Shown here: positions 1 to 8,935 of the stretch, piece after piece
Layout of the letters: each line of letters begins with the position of its first letter
How positions within the stretch are numbered: position 1 is the stretch's first letter
DNA from: Natronospirillum operosum
GTDB lineage: Bacteria > Pseudomonadota > Gammaproteobacteria > Pseudomonadales > Natronospirillaceae
Reading direction: 5' to 3'
Assembly (NCBI RefSeq): GCF_004768465.1
Contig: NZ_SRMF01000002.1
Coordinates: 520,401 to 552,400, forward strand
DNA length: 32,000 nt
Made by a program: the position numbers and the translations under genes
Notes under the pieces: generated by a model
What the model saw: only the letters and a program-made list of their open reading frames with translations
The model's database searches: none
What the model was told of the DNA's origin: nothing

Positions 1-1047
1 CTCTGCGCCCTTCACTGCGGCCGCCATGGCGGCATCAAACTCGGCATCGGGCTGTCGGCGACCGGCCACACGACTGGCCAGTGCCACCAGCACCTCGGCA
101 CAGTCGCCGCACAGGAAATCGTCCACCACATAGTTGCGCTGTGCCGCTGCCGGGTCCGCATCTATCTGCACCAGCGGGCGCGGCAAAACCACCGAGTAGG
201 TGCGGGTTTCATTGCTGCGCAGCTTGGAGCCGGCCACCACCATCAGATCACAGGTGCCAAAGAGCTGCTCCACGGATTCACTACTGTGGAAGGCACGCAG
301 GCTGCGCGGGTGACTGTCGGGCAGTACCCCCCGCCCGTGCGTACTGGACACCACGGCAATGCCGGCATCGGCCAGCGCCCTGACGGACGCCCCCGCATGG
401 CGGGCGCCGCCGCCGATCCAGAGCACTGGCCGCCGGGCGCTGAGCAGCCGTTCTGCCAATTGATCCAGTTGCTCCGCCGATGGCTGGGGCAACTGCAGCG
501 GTGCAACCGTGGGCAGGGGTGTATAGTTCAGCGTCGCGGCCTGTATATCGATGGGAATTTCTATACTGACCGGCCCCGAAGGCGCGGTACGCGCCTCCTG
601 AATGGCCCGGTGCAGCACGGGAATCATCTGCTCTGGCGTGGTCACCCGGTAGGCGGCCTTGCAGCAGGCGCGCAGTACATTCAACTGGTCCTTGGTTTCA
701 TGAATGAAGCCGGCCTCGCGATCCAGATAACCGGTTTCCACCTGGCCGGTCAGGTGCAGCATGGGCGTTCCGGCGTTGTAGGCTTCCATCAACGCGCCAA
801 TGGCGTTACCGGCACCGGCACCAGTGCTGGTCAGGGCGACGGCCAGGCTGCCGACCCGGGTGTGGGCATCGGCCATGGTCACGGCACCGGCCTCGCCGCG
901 TGCCGGCACGAAGCGAATCCGCTGGCGCTGCCCGATGGCATCGGCGATGGGCAGGTTGTGAATGGAGATCACGCCATAGACAGCGTCCACACCATAGTCT
1001 TCCAGGGTCTGACTGATGGCCGTACCAACAGAGACTGCATTGTTCAT
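1..1047 (-). CDS. Thiamine-diphosphate-dependent enzyme (acetolactate-synthase/decarboxylase-like). N-terminal 349 codons only; the C-terminus lies beyond the window edge.
   Basis: Not in the ORF track because no stop lies in the window. I translated the reverse complement by hand from the ATG at 1047-1045, and the frame is open to position 1. It begins MNNAVSVGTAISQTLEDYGVDAVYGVISIHNLPIADAIG and continues RGEAGAVTMADAHTRVGSLAVALTSTGAGAGNAIGALMEAYNAGTPMLHLTGQV, which is the typical ThDP pyrimidine-binding domain. The later WIGGGARHAG stretch fits the central domain. An SD GGAGGAA lies 4-5 nt upstream of the ATG. Confidence 0.85.
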   Translation of the reverse strand, partial: MNNAVSVGTAISQTLEDYGVDAVYGVISIHNLPIADAIGQRQRIRFVPARGEAGAVTMADAHTRVGSLAVALTSTGAGAGNAIGALMEAYNAGTPMLHLTGQVETGYLDREAGFIHETKDQLNVLRACCKAAYRVTTPEQMIPVLHRAIQEARTAPSGPVSIEIPIDIQAATLNYTPLPTVAPLQLPQPSAEQLDQLAERLLSARRPVLWIGGGARHAGASVRALADAGIAVVSSTHGRGVLPDSHPRSLRAFHSSESVEQLFGTCDLMVVAGSKLRSNETRTYSVVLPRPLVQIDADPAAAQRNYVVDDFLCGDCAEVLVALASRVAGRRQPDAEFDAAMAAAVKGAE

Positions 1048-1077
1048 AAATTCCTCCAGGGCAATGGATCGCTGGCC

Positions 1078-2547
1078 TCAGTCACTCCAGCCAATGGGTT
1101 CGGGACTCATCCCCAGGTAAAGGCTCTTCTGCTGCATGTATGCCAGCACTCCCTGGCGGCCTTTTTCGCGACCGATGCCGCTGTCCTTGTAACCGCCGAA
1201 CGGCGTGGAGATGGAGAATTTCTTGTAGGTATTGATCCAGACCGTGCCGACAGCCAGTCGGCGCGCCAGACTGAACGCGCGCTGATAGTCGGCCGTCCAG
1301 ATGCCGGCGGCCAGGCCATAGACATTGTCGTTGGCCAGGCGGACCAGTTCGTCTTCGTCACGGTAGGAGAACACCACCAGCACCGGGCCGAAGATCTCCT
1401 CCTGACAGGCGACGCTGTCATGAGGCAGGCTGTCGATGATGGTCGGCAGGTAATAGTTGCCGCTGGCCAGCGCCGGGTCGTCGGGAATGGCACCGCCGCA
1501 CAGGATGCGGCCGCCATCGGCTCGTGCCTGGTCCACATAGGCGGCCACACTGTCCCGATGTTCGGGCGTGATCAGCGGGCTGATATGCGTGCCCTCGGTT
1601 TCCGGGTGACCGACACGAAGGTTGCGCGTCACCGCCAGCAGCCGAGCCATGAATTCGTCATAACGGCTTGCGTGGATGAACAGCCGCGAGCCAGCAATAC
1701 AGGCCTGGCCGGAGGAACTGAATATGCCGAATACGACACCCTTGACGGCCTGTTCCAGATTCGCGTCCGGGCACACAATGGTGGGCGACTTGCCGCCCAG
1801 TTCCAGCGAGGTCGAGATCAGCTTGTCGGCCGCCACATGGGCCAGGTGCCGGCCGGTCCGGGTGCCGCCGGTAAAGGAGATCCGGCGCACCCTTGGGTGC
1901 CGGCAGATGGCCTCCCCGATCACGCTGCCCTTGCCCGGCAGTACGCTCAGCAGACCCTTCGGCAGACCGGCTTCCTCGAACAGCTCGCCCATTTTCAGGG
2001 CCAGCAGCGGTGTGGCCTCTGCCGGTTTCATGATGACGGCATTGCCGGCAGCCAGCGCCGGGGCCACCTTCTGCATTTCACTGGCAATGGGGGAATTCCA
2101 CGGCGTGATGGCCGCAATGACGCCCAGCGGCTCATACTGACTGAAGGTCATGGTGTCGGGCAGACGCGGCGTGGTGATCTCGCTGTCCAGCGTCTCGCTG
2201 ACCGCCGCAAAGTAGCGCGCGGTGCCGGCCGCGCTGGCGACCAGAGCCCGGGTTTCGGCCAGTGGCTTGCCGTTGTCGCGGGTCTGCAGCGCCGCCAGTT
2301 CCTCCTGCCGGGCCATGATCAGATCGCTGACCCGGTACAGCACGGCGGCCCTTTCATGGGGCAGCCGGTCGCGCCAGCCGGGTGCCTGCCAGGCGGCGTC
2401 GGCAGCGGCGATGGCGGCTTCCACATCCTCCAGGCCCGCTGCCCTGAGTTCGGCATTGACCGAGCCGTCGGCCGGGAATACGGACTGCATGGGGTTGCCG
2501 CTGCCCAGCTTCCATTCGCCGCCCACCAGTATGGGTTGCTGTTTCAT
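1078..2547 (-). CDS. NAD(P)+-dependent aldehyde dehydrogenase
   Basis: 489 aa with the ALDH hallmarks ELGGKSP (catalytic Glu region) and GQACIAGSR (catalytic Cys), plus PWNSP and FTGGTRTG. An SD AGGAGAG lies upstream. Confidence 0.95.
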   Translation of the reverse strand: MKQQPILVGGEWKLGSGNPMQSVFPADGSVNAELRAAGLEDVEAAIAAADAAWQAPGWRDRLPHERAAVLYRVSDLIMARQEELAALQTRDNGKPLAETRALVASAAGTARYFAAVSETLDSEITTPRLPDTMTFSQYEPLGVIAAITPWNSPIASEMQKVAPALAAGNAVIMKPAEATPLLALKMGELFEEAGLPKGLLSVLPGKGSVIGEAICRHPRVRRISFTGGTRTGRHLAHVAADKLISTSLELGGKSPTIVCPDANLEQAVKGVVFGIFSSSGQACIAGSRLFIHASRYDEFMARLLAVTRNLRVGHPETEGTHISPLITPEHRDSVAAYVDQARADGGRILCGGAIPDDPALASGNYYLPTIIDSLPHDSVACQEEIFGPVLVVFSYRDEDELVRLANDNVYGLAAGIWTADYQRAFSLARRLAVGTVWINTYKKFSISTPFGGYKDSGIGREKGRQGVLAYMQQKSLYLGMSPEPIGWSD

Positions 2548-2574
2548 ACGATACTCTCCTGCGGCGTCCGCAGC

Positions 2575-3405
2575 TCAGATCACGATCGGTGCCAGCGCCT
2601 GTCGACAGGCTCTGACCACGGACAGTGCCGCCAGCGTGGATGTTTTCGGGTTGTTTTCCAGCGGGCGGCCGTTCAATTCGATATGGAATTCGCCAAAGCG
2701 CCCGCGGGCATGAATGCGATGGGTGTTGGTGGCGGTGTGCGGGTCCACTGTCAGCTTGACGGTGGTGGCCTCAAGCCCCACCCCGGCCAGGCCGACCGTC
2801 GCCGCCACATTGGCATTGGCCGGAAACAGACGCGCAGCTTCGGCCGCGGTGCCTTCGAAGAACACGGTTGCGGAGCTGACTGTATCCAGATTGATCAGAT
2901 TCTCGGCATGGCTGCCTTTCCAACTGCGCGGGGCCTTGCGTGACTCGTAGGTAACCTCGTCCAGCCCGCCTTCGCGGGCTGCCGCCAGGCCATCGATGCC
3001 GGCAATGGCGCCCGACAGCAATATCAGTCGGCCACCGCCCTTGCGGGCCGCTTCTTCAAGACGCTTGTGCAGGGCTTCGTCAGCCAGCGCACCGACCGAG
3101 ACCACGGCCAGATCCAGACCCCGTTCGAGGACGGCGACGCCGTGCTCGCGCACCCCGGCCTGACCGGCGCACTCCAGTACCAGATCCGGACGGCCGGCAC
3201 ACTGGTCGACCCGGCTTACGGTGTTGATGTCGCGCAAGTGCTGACGTTCACTCAGATCACTGTGAGCCGGCAATACCACCCAGTCCAGAGACAGGCCGGC
3301 CGGCAGCAGACGGTGAACTTCGCGCCCCATGGCGCCATAGCCGATCATCATGATGCTGCGGCTGGCGGCGCCGGACTGGGGGTTCTGATTGCGTTGAGCT
3401 GTCAT
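2575..3405 (-). CDS. Aspartate-dehydrogenase-like (NadX family) NAD(P)-dependent dehydrogenase
   Basis: 276 aa. It has an N-terminal Rossmann IGYGAMG motif. The C-terminal half reads LSGAIAGIDGL...ESRKAPRSW...FEGTAAEAARLFPANANVAATVGLAG...DPHTATNTHRIHARGRFGEFHIELNGRPLENNPKTSTLAALS, which is characteristic of the aspartate dehydrogenase family. The start may instead be the internal MM at codons 19-20. Confidence 0.85.
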   Translation of the reverse strand: MTAQRNQNPQSGAASRSIMMIGYGAMGREVHRLLPAGLSLDWVVLPAHSDLSERQHLRDINTVSRVDQCAGRPDLVLECAGQAGVREHGVAVLERGLDLAVVSVGALADEALHKRLEEAARKGGGRLILLSGAIAGIDGLAAAREGGLDEVTYESRKAPRSWKGSHAENLINLDTVSSATVFFEGTAAEAARLFPANANVAATVGLAGVGLEATTVKLTVDPHTATNTHRIHARGRFGEFHIELNGRPLENNPKTSTLAALSVVRACRQALAPIVI

Positions 3406-3407
3406 GA

Positions 3408-4205
3408 TTACAGATGCCTGTTGAAACCGCCCGATACGTCAAGCGCCGCACCGGTTGTGAATGAAGCCATGGGCGAAGCCAGAAAGACCAGAGCCCGCGC
3501 GGGCTCTTCCGGTCGGCCCAGGCGGCCCATGGGTATACCGCGTTTGCGGGCAATGCCGCCGATCCAGTCTTCCCAGGTCTGCTCGGGGTCGGCACGCTGC
3601 TCGTAGCGGCGCCGCCACTGACCGGACTCCACCATGCCCAGCAGGATGGAGTTGACGCGAATGCCATCCGTGATCAGTTCATGCGCCAGGTTGTGGGTCA
3701 TGTTGAGCAGGGCGGCACGTGCCGCCGAGGTGGCGATCATGTGGGGCTCGGGCTGCAGGGCCAGCAATGAATTGACGCAGGTCAGAGAACCGATATCCGA
3801 CGCGGCCAGCTGCGCGCGAAAGGCCTGCAGCGGGTTGAGCACGCCATGCAGTTTCAGCTGTGTCTCGGACAGCCAGGCGTCAGCCGGTGTCTCGTCCAGC
3901 GTTGCCACATAGCCCTGGCCGGCATTGGCGATCAGCATGTCCACTGCACCCATGGTCTGCACCACATCCGTCGCAAAGCGGTGACAGGAAGCCGGGTCCA
4001 GCACATCACAGGGAGCGCTCATCAGTTGCGCCTGCGGGAAGTCCGCGCGCAGTGACCGGGCCGCCTGTTCCAGGCGCTCGGCGTTGCGTCCACAGAAGGC
4101 CACCCGTGCACCGGCGGCCAGCAACAGGCGGACGGTCTCCAGACCGATCCCCGAAGAGCCTCCGGTGACCACCGCCACCCGCTCGCGGATCAGAAAATCC
4201 ATCAT
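3408..4205 (-). CDS. Short-chain dehydrogenase/reductase family protein with a non-canonical active site
   Basis: 265 aa with TGGSSGIG cofactor motif, ANAG and VNS. TSAAR occupies the YxxxK position. An SD GGGAGGA lies upstream, and the stop is 2 nt from the next start. Confidence 0.9.
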   Translation of the reverse strand: MMDFLIRERVAVVTGGSSGIGLETVRLLLAAGARVAFCGRNAERLEQAARSLRADFPQAQLMSAPCDVLDPASCHRFATDVVQTMGAVDMLIANAGQGYVATLDETPADAWLSETQLKLHGVLNPLQAFRAQLAASDIGSLTCVNSLLALQPEPHMIATSAARAALLNMTHNLAHELITDGIRVNSILLGMVESGQWRRRYEQRADPEQTWEDWIGGIARKRGIPMGRLGRPEEPARALVFLASPMASFTTGAALDVSGGFNRHL

Positions 4206-4210
4206 TTCAT

Positions 4211-5047
4211 TTATCCTCCCAGCGCCATGGTTTCGGTGCGCGCCACCTGGCCGCTCAGTTCACGCACGGCGGCGGCAAATCCGCTCGGGTTGTCGATGTA
4301 GCTGGCATGGCCCGCCGCCTCGATACTCCGATAGGGCAGCCCCAGTCGCGCGGCCAGGGCCTGGGCGCCCGCCGGCGGCGTAATGGCATCTTCGGCGCCG
4401 CACAGGACCACGCCCGGCAACCCGGCGGGCAGCGGCAGGTAGTCCGCCAGCGCATCATGCGCCAGCATCCAGTTGGCGCGCCGAAAGCCTTCCACATTCA
4501 GCTTGCCCATTTCGGCCCGGACCCGCTCTAAATTGGCTGCCTCGGTCCCCGCTCGCAGCAGTCGCGGTGCCCGCCCCTCGGCGTAGGCCACCGTGCCCTG
4601 GCGCTCCAGTTCCGGCCAGCGGCTCTGGTAGACCCGTACCTGCTCCTCGGTGCCGGCATGACGGTACCCCTCGGCCGGGTCGGCCAGGATCAGACCCTGT
4701 ACCCGCTGCGGATAACGCGCCACATAGGCCGTCGCCATCATGGCGCCCAGCGAATGCCCCAGCAGAATGCAGTGCTCAATGTTCATCGCTGCGAGCCAGC
4801 ATTCCAGCCGCTCGGCGTAGTCGGCAGCGGTCGGTTCACTCGCTGCCAGTATGCGGCTGATGCCGTAGCCCGGTGCATCCCAGGCCAGCAGTCGATGGTC
4901 ACCCAGATGGCGCACCAATGGCTGCCAGGACCCGCTGCCGGAACTGATGCCATGCAGCATGACCACAGTCGGCGCTGCGGCCTGTTGCGCCGGCCATTCA
5001 CAGTAGGCCTGGGTACCGGAGGCAAGAGACAGGGCAATCATTTTCAT
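4211..5047 (-). CDS. Alpha/beta-fold hydrolase (meta-cleavage-product/ester hydrolase-like)
   Basis: 278 aa. HG oxyanion motif (VMLHGISSGSGSW), nucleophile elbow GHSLGAM, and a C-terminal GH (EAAGHASY). Confidence 0.9.
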   Translation of the reverse strand: MKMIALSLASGTQAYCEWPAQQAAAPTVVMLHGISSGSGSWQPLVRHLGDHRLLAWDAPGYGISRILAASEPTAADYAERLECWLAAMNIEHCILLGHSLGAMMATAYVARYPQRVQGLILADPAEGYRHAGTEEQVRVYQSRWPELERQGTVAYAEGRAPRLLRAGTEAANLERVRAEMGKLNVEGFRRANWMLAHDALADYLPLPAGLPGVVLCGAEDAITPPAGAQALAARLGLPYRSIEAAGHASYIDNPSGFAAAVRELSGQVARTETMALGG

Positions 5048-5073
5048 GGCATCACCACCTGGCCGACTGGCCT

Positions 5074-5595
5074 CTAGTTGCGCTTGATCTTCGACAGCGG
5101 ATGATCATCCGGATAGGTCGGAATCTGCGGTTTGGGTGTGCCCAGCATGACGCACATCAGACTCTCTTCCTCGGTACCGTTGAACAGCCCGCGATAGATA
5201 CCAGGCGGAATGGAGATCACATCACGCTCCTGCAGCACGGTTTCCATGTAGTGGTCGCCATCCTGCAGAAACAGCGTGATTTCACCCTTGAGCACAAAGA
5301 ACACCTCTTCCACATCGTCATGCACGTGCAGGGGGCCTTCACACTTGGCCGGCAGCACCATGGTGGAGAAGGTGAAATGTTCTGCCGGAATGGTGTTGGC
5401 ATCGTCCTTCACGCCGGTGGCGCCGGTGCCGATGTAGCGCATCTGGGCGCGCCGGTACTTGGGGTCGTAATCAGCCTGGAACTTGAGGGCATCCCAGTCG
5501 TACTTGCGGCCCTTGAAGCGGGCAATGCGGGATTCCATCCAGTCCTCGAAGCTCTTCTCTGCAGGTTTCTTCCAGGTGTCCAGTTGTGCGGTCAT
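5074..5595 (-). CDS. Cupin-domain protein
   Basis: 173 aa. Cupin motif 1 is GPLHVHDDVEEVFFVLKG. Motif 2 is PPGIYRGLFN, with Arg where the third His is usually found. An SD GAGAGGTGA lies upstream. Confidence 0.8.
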   Translation of the reverse strand: MTAQLDTWKKPAEKSFEDWMESRIARFKGRKYDWDALKFQADYDPKYRRAQMRYIGTGATGVKDDANTIPAEHFTFSTMVLPAKCEGPLHVHDDVEEVFFVLKGEITLFLQDGDHYMETVLQERDVISIPPGIYRGLFNGTEEESLMCVMLGTPKPQIPTYPDDHPLSKIKRN

Positions 5596-5657
5596 GATCG
5601 TTCACCTCTCTTTGGTGTGCAGTGATTCAATGGAGTCCGGTCGGGACTGTCTTGTGC

Positions 5658-6581
5658 TCAGTCCTTCTTCTGGCGCCGGGTCTTGTCATCGATACCGCCT
5701 TCTATGGCCCACTCGGTGAAGGACGTGAGCGAGTGCTCCATCTCCCGGGCCTGCCAGTTTTCCGTCAGGTAGTCTTCATTGGTGTAGTATTCAAAGGCGC
5801 CGCCGAGCGGGCTGTTGACGTACCAGAAATAGGCCGACGACACCGGGTGTCGCCCCGGGCCGATAAAGGTTGTCCACTCCTTGCCAGTCATGTGAATGCC
5901 ACCGCCGATGACCTCGTGGATATCGCGCACGGTAAAGGCCACATGATTCAGGCCGCGCGGCTTGTTCGGGATCTTCAGCAGAAACAGGTTGTGGTGTCCG
6001 CCCCGGGCCTGCATGCGCATGAACACGCCCCGATCGGTATAGCGGTCGGAGGCATGGAAGCCCATGACATCACGGTAGAACGCCTCGGTTTCTGCCAGAT
6101 CCTCGACAAAGAACACGGCATGGCCGATACCGACCGGCTCGGCCCGCTCATAGACCGGGCTGGGCTCGTCCACACGGCGCATATCACCATGTTGATTGAT
6201 CGGAGGCACGCGCAGCTCCACGGGCTGCAGTGCGGTGCGCATCACGCGGACCGTCATGCCATTGGGGTCACGGCACTGCACGACCTCGGCCGAGGCTTCG
6301 AAACCCGGCTGCTCGGCCATGCGCTGACGCAGGGTCTCAAGCGCGGTTGCATCCGCCACGCCCCAGGTCATCCGGCGCAGGGTAGACCCTTCTTCAAAGG
6401 GTGTCGGGAGAGTCGGGTCCTGCAGCGGGCGCGCTTCAATCCGGGCGCCATTCTGGGCCCGAAAGACGGCGTGCTCTGCTGTTTCGACCTCAGGCCTCAG
6501 GCCAAAGTCGCGCAGAAAACGCTGGCAGACCTTCATGTCGGCCACGCCGAACTCGAATGCTTCTATACCTACAATGCTCAT
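5658..6581 (-). CDS. Two-domain VOC-superfamily protein (extradiol ring-cleavage dioxygenase-like)
   Basis: The ORF runs to 6605, but the ATG at 6581 (MSIVGIEAFEFGVAD) is preceded by GGGAGAG at good spacing. Two glyoxalase/dioxygenase-like halves are visible (IGHAVFFVEDLAETEAFY... and LNHVAFTV). Confidence 0.85.
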   Translation of the reverse strand: MSIVGIEAFEFGVADMKVCQRFLRDFGLRPEVETAEHAVFRAQNGARIEARPLQDPTLPTPFEEGSTLRRMTWGVADATALETLRQRMAEQPGFEASAEVVQCRDPNGMTVRVMRTALQPVELRVPPINQHGDMRRVDEPSPVYERAEPVGIGHAVFFVEDLAETEAFYRDVMGFHASDRYTDRGVFMRMQARGGHHNLFLLKIPNKPRGLNHVAFTVRDIHEVIGGGIHMTGKEWTTFIGPGRHPVSSAYFWYVNSPLGGAFEYYTNEDYLTENWQAREMEHSLTSFTEWAIEGGIDDKTRRQKKD

Positions 6582-6625
6582 TTCACTGCTCTCCCGAACC
6601 TGCAATACGGTTGCACGTTCTGTTG

Positions 6626-7432
6626 TCAGGTCGCCTGTCGCGCTGCGCGGCCGCCGCGATAGCCCAGCATGCCGGAGATGCTGGCTGCCGCTTCCTCGAC
6701 ATGCGCTCTCAGTGGTTCACGATCTTCTGCCGGAATCTCATGCACCGGCACCAGAATACTGACCACGCCCTCGATATCGCCCTGGCCGTTGAATACCGGG
6801 TACACCACGGAGGAAATACCGAACTGGAAGAAGGATTCACCGATCACGTAGCCTCGACGACCATCTTCCTGCACCAGTTCCCACAGGGCTTCCCGATTGG
6901 CCGGTGCGCCGGGCTTGGTATCCGGCAGCTCGCCATCGGGATACACCGCTTCGAATTCGGACCGACTCAGCCCGGACAGCAGCATGCGGCCCAGCGACGT
7001 GCGGTGCGCCGGCAGACGGGTACCCACACTCACCTGGTTGATGGTGGCATTGGCCGCACTGACCCGGGCCACGTAGATCACGTCCTGCCCATCACGGATG
7101 GCGATATGGCTGGAGCACTGGGTCTTGTCGCGCAGCGACTCGATCACCGGCTGCCCGGCCTGGACCAGGTCCAGCGACGCGACATATTCGAAGCCGAGGC
7201 GCAGTACATTCACACCCAGTGAATACAGCCCTGTGGTCGGATGCCGGCGAACGAACCCCATGTACTCCAGGGTCTGCACCGCCCGATAGGCGGTGGCCTT
7301 GGGAAAATCCATCCGTTCGGCGAGTTCGGCAAAACTCATTTCACGATGACTGCGGGCCAGTTCCATCAGGATGATCAGCCCCCGCTCAAGACCGGGAATC
7401 AGGTATCTGCGGGCATCTTTTTCTTGGCTCAT
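6626..7432 (-). CDS. IclR-family transcriptional regulator
   Basis: 268 aa. N-terminal winged HTH (LERGLIILMELARSHREMSFAELAERMDFPKATAYRAVQTLEYMGFV) followed by an IclR effector domain. It is the first gene of the minus-strand operon. Confidence 0.9.
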   Translation of the reverse strand: MSQEKDARRYLIPGLERGLIILMELARSHREMSFAELAERMDFPKATAYRAVQTLEYMGFVRRHPTTGLYSLGVNVLRLGFEYVASLDLVQAGQPVIESLRDKTQCSSHIAIRDGQDVIYVARVSAANATINQVSVGTRLPAHRTSLGRMLLSGLSRSEFEAVYPDGELPDTKPGAPANREALWELVQEDGRRGYVIGESFFQFGISSVVYPVFNGQGDIEGVVSILVPVHEIPAEDREPLRAHVEEAAASISGMLGYRGGRAARQAT

Positions 7433-7539
7433 ACTCTTTTCACTCTTGTCAGGTCATGCTGGGCTATTGTGCCATCGTGTTTCCGTACTGCCTGAATCGA
7501 ACAAATTTAATATTTGAAACATCAGTTATTATATAAACT

Positions 7540-7568
7540 ATACTACGCCTGTACTGCTCAGCTGTCAA
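7540..7568 (-). promoter_or_regulatory. Sigma70-type promoter P1 for the iclR-led operon
   Basis: On the minus strand: TTGACA (7568-7563), a 17-nt spacer, then TAGTAT (7545-7540). An AT-rich block containing TGATGTTTCAAATATT follows. A GTTCGAT element (plus strand 7496-7502) lies further downstream. Confidence 0.6.
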
Positions 7569-7580
7569 TCCGGACCCCGC

Positions 7581-8897
7581 TCAGCGGAACATCATTTCGA
7601 CCGGCCAGGTCACGATCTGCGGGAACGTGAAGACCAGAATCAACGCCATGAAGTCACAGATCAGGAAGGGTATGGCGGCTCTGTAGATGTCCATCATGGT
7701 GGTGCCCTTGGGCGCCACACCCTTCATCACGAACAATGCAGCCCCTACTGGTGGTGAGGTGGCACCGGTCTCGATCGCAATCAGGAACAGCACTGCAAAC
7801 CAGATGGGATCAAAGCCAAGCTGGGTGACCACTGGTATATAGATGGGCAGTGTAATCAGCATGATTGGCAGCGGCCCCATGAACATGCCCAGCAGCACCA
7901 CAGACAGGATCATCATAAGGACGATCATCCGCGGGCTGATGTCCAGACTCATCACCGCATTCATCAGACCGAAGGTCACGCCGGTAAAGGCCAGCAACTG
8001 GCTGAAACCGATGGCGGTGCCTACTATCAGCAGAATCATTACCGAGAGATTGGAGCTCTCGAACATGGAGGCACCGAACTTGCGGACAGTCAGCCGCCGC
8101 TTGAACAGCGCCAGCAGTACCGTGGCCACGGCCCCGGAGGCCGCTGCCTCGGTCGGCGTGGCCCAGCCCAGAAAGATCACCCCGACCACGGAGAAGACGA
8201 CAACCCCGATGGGCACTATGTTGGCCGCACCGGACTTCAGCTTCTCGGGCCAGGGGGTGTAGGGTATGTCGAAAGTCGGCGCCACCGAAGGCTGCACCGT
8301 ACAGCGAATCCATATATAGGCCGCATAGAGCACCGCCATGATCAGGCCGGGCAGAATGATGGCAATCAGGATGCGACTGATGGACAGTTCACCCACGACC
8401 CCCAGCAGCACGGCCAGGGCACTGGGCGGTATCATGATGGCCAGCCCGGAGGAGCCGATAATGGGCCCCAGTGACATGGGCTTCTTGTAGCCTCTTTTTT
8501 CCATCTCCGGGGTCAGACTTGAACCCAGCAGGGCAATCGAACCCATGCTGTTGCCGGTCAGGGTGGAAAACAGCACCCCGCCGCCCACAGCCATGAAGGC
8601 CAGTCGACCCCGCAGCTTGCCGAACCATTTGTCCAGCGTATCCATCAGGTCATTGGCAATGCCCGATCGGAACATGACCTCGCCCATGATCATGAACATG
8701 GCTATGGGTACCAGCGTGAAACTGGTCAGGGCTCCGGTGGAGTTGACTACCAGCTGGCGCACCCCGGGAATACCACCCATGAATATGTAGGCCCCGACCA
8801 CATTGACGGCCAGAAAACTGAAGGCCACCGGCACACCGATGATCATCAGGAACATCAGGGCGCCCAGGATCAGCGACAGCGTCATCCACCATTCCAT
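7581..8897 (-). CDS. dctM: TRAP transporter large permease subunit
   Basis: Polytopic membrane protein. The ORF-track start at 8939 is a GTG. The ATG at 8897 (MEWWMTLSLILG) has GGAGG 9 nt upstream and gives the usual DctM N-terminus. Confidence 0.9.
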   Translation of the reverse strand: MEWWMTLSLILGALMFLMIIGVPVAFSFLAVNVVGAYIFMGGIPGVRQLVVNSTGALTSFTLVPIAMFMIMGEVMFRSGIANDLMDTLDKWFGKLRGRLAFMAVGGGVLFSTLTGNSMGSIALLGSSLTPEMEKRGYKKPMSLGPIIGSSGLAIMIPPSALAVLLGVVGELSISRILIAIILPGLIMAVLYAAYIWIRCTVQPSVAPTFDIPYTPWPEKLKSGAANIVPIGVVVFSVVGVIFLGWATPTEAAASGAVATVLLALFKRRLTVRKFGASMFESSNLSVMILLIVGTAIGFSQLLAFTGVTFGLMNAVMSLDISPRMIVLMMILSVVLLGMFMGPLPIMLITLPIYIPVVTQLGFDPIWFAVLFLIAIETGATSPPVGAALFVMKGVAPKGTTMMDIYRAAIPFLICDFMALILVFTFPQIVTWPVEMMFR

Positions 8898-8935
8898 ATC
8901 AGCGTACCTCCGGGGCAGGACAGTTGACCTTGCGT

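Noticed and set aside
286-2943. An 885-aa plus-strand ORF, the longest in the track.
   Set aside because: It lies antisense to three well-supported minus-strand genes (ThDP enzyme, ALDH, NadX-like). Its translation is low-complexity and Arg/Gly/Ala/His-rich with no motifs. This is a typical shadow ORF in high-GC DNA.
5074-5595. Cupin motif 2 has Arg in place of the usual metal-binding His (PPGIYRGLFN).
   Set aside because: Two-His-one-Glu and other reduced metal sites are common among cupins, and my alignment is by eye only. It is not distinctive enough to report as a finding.
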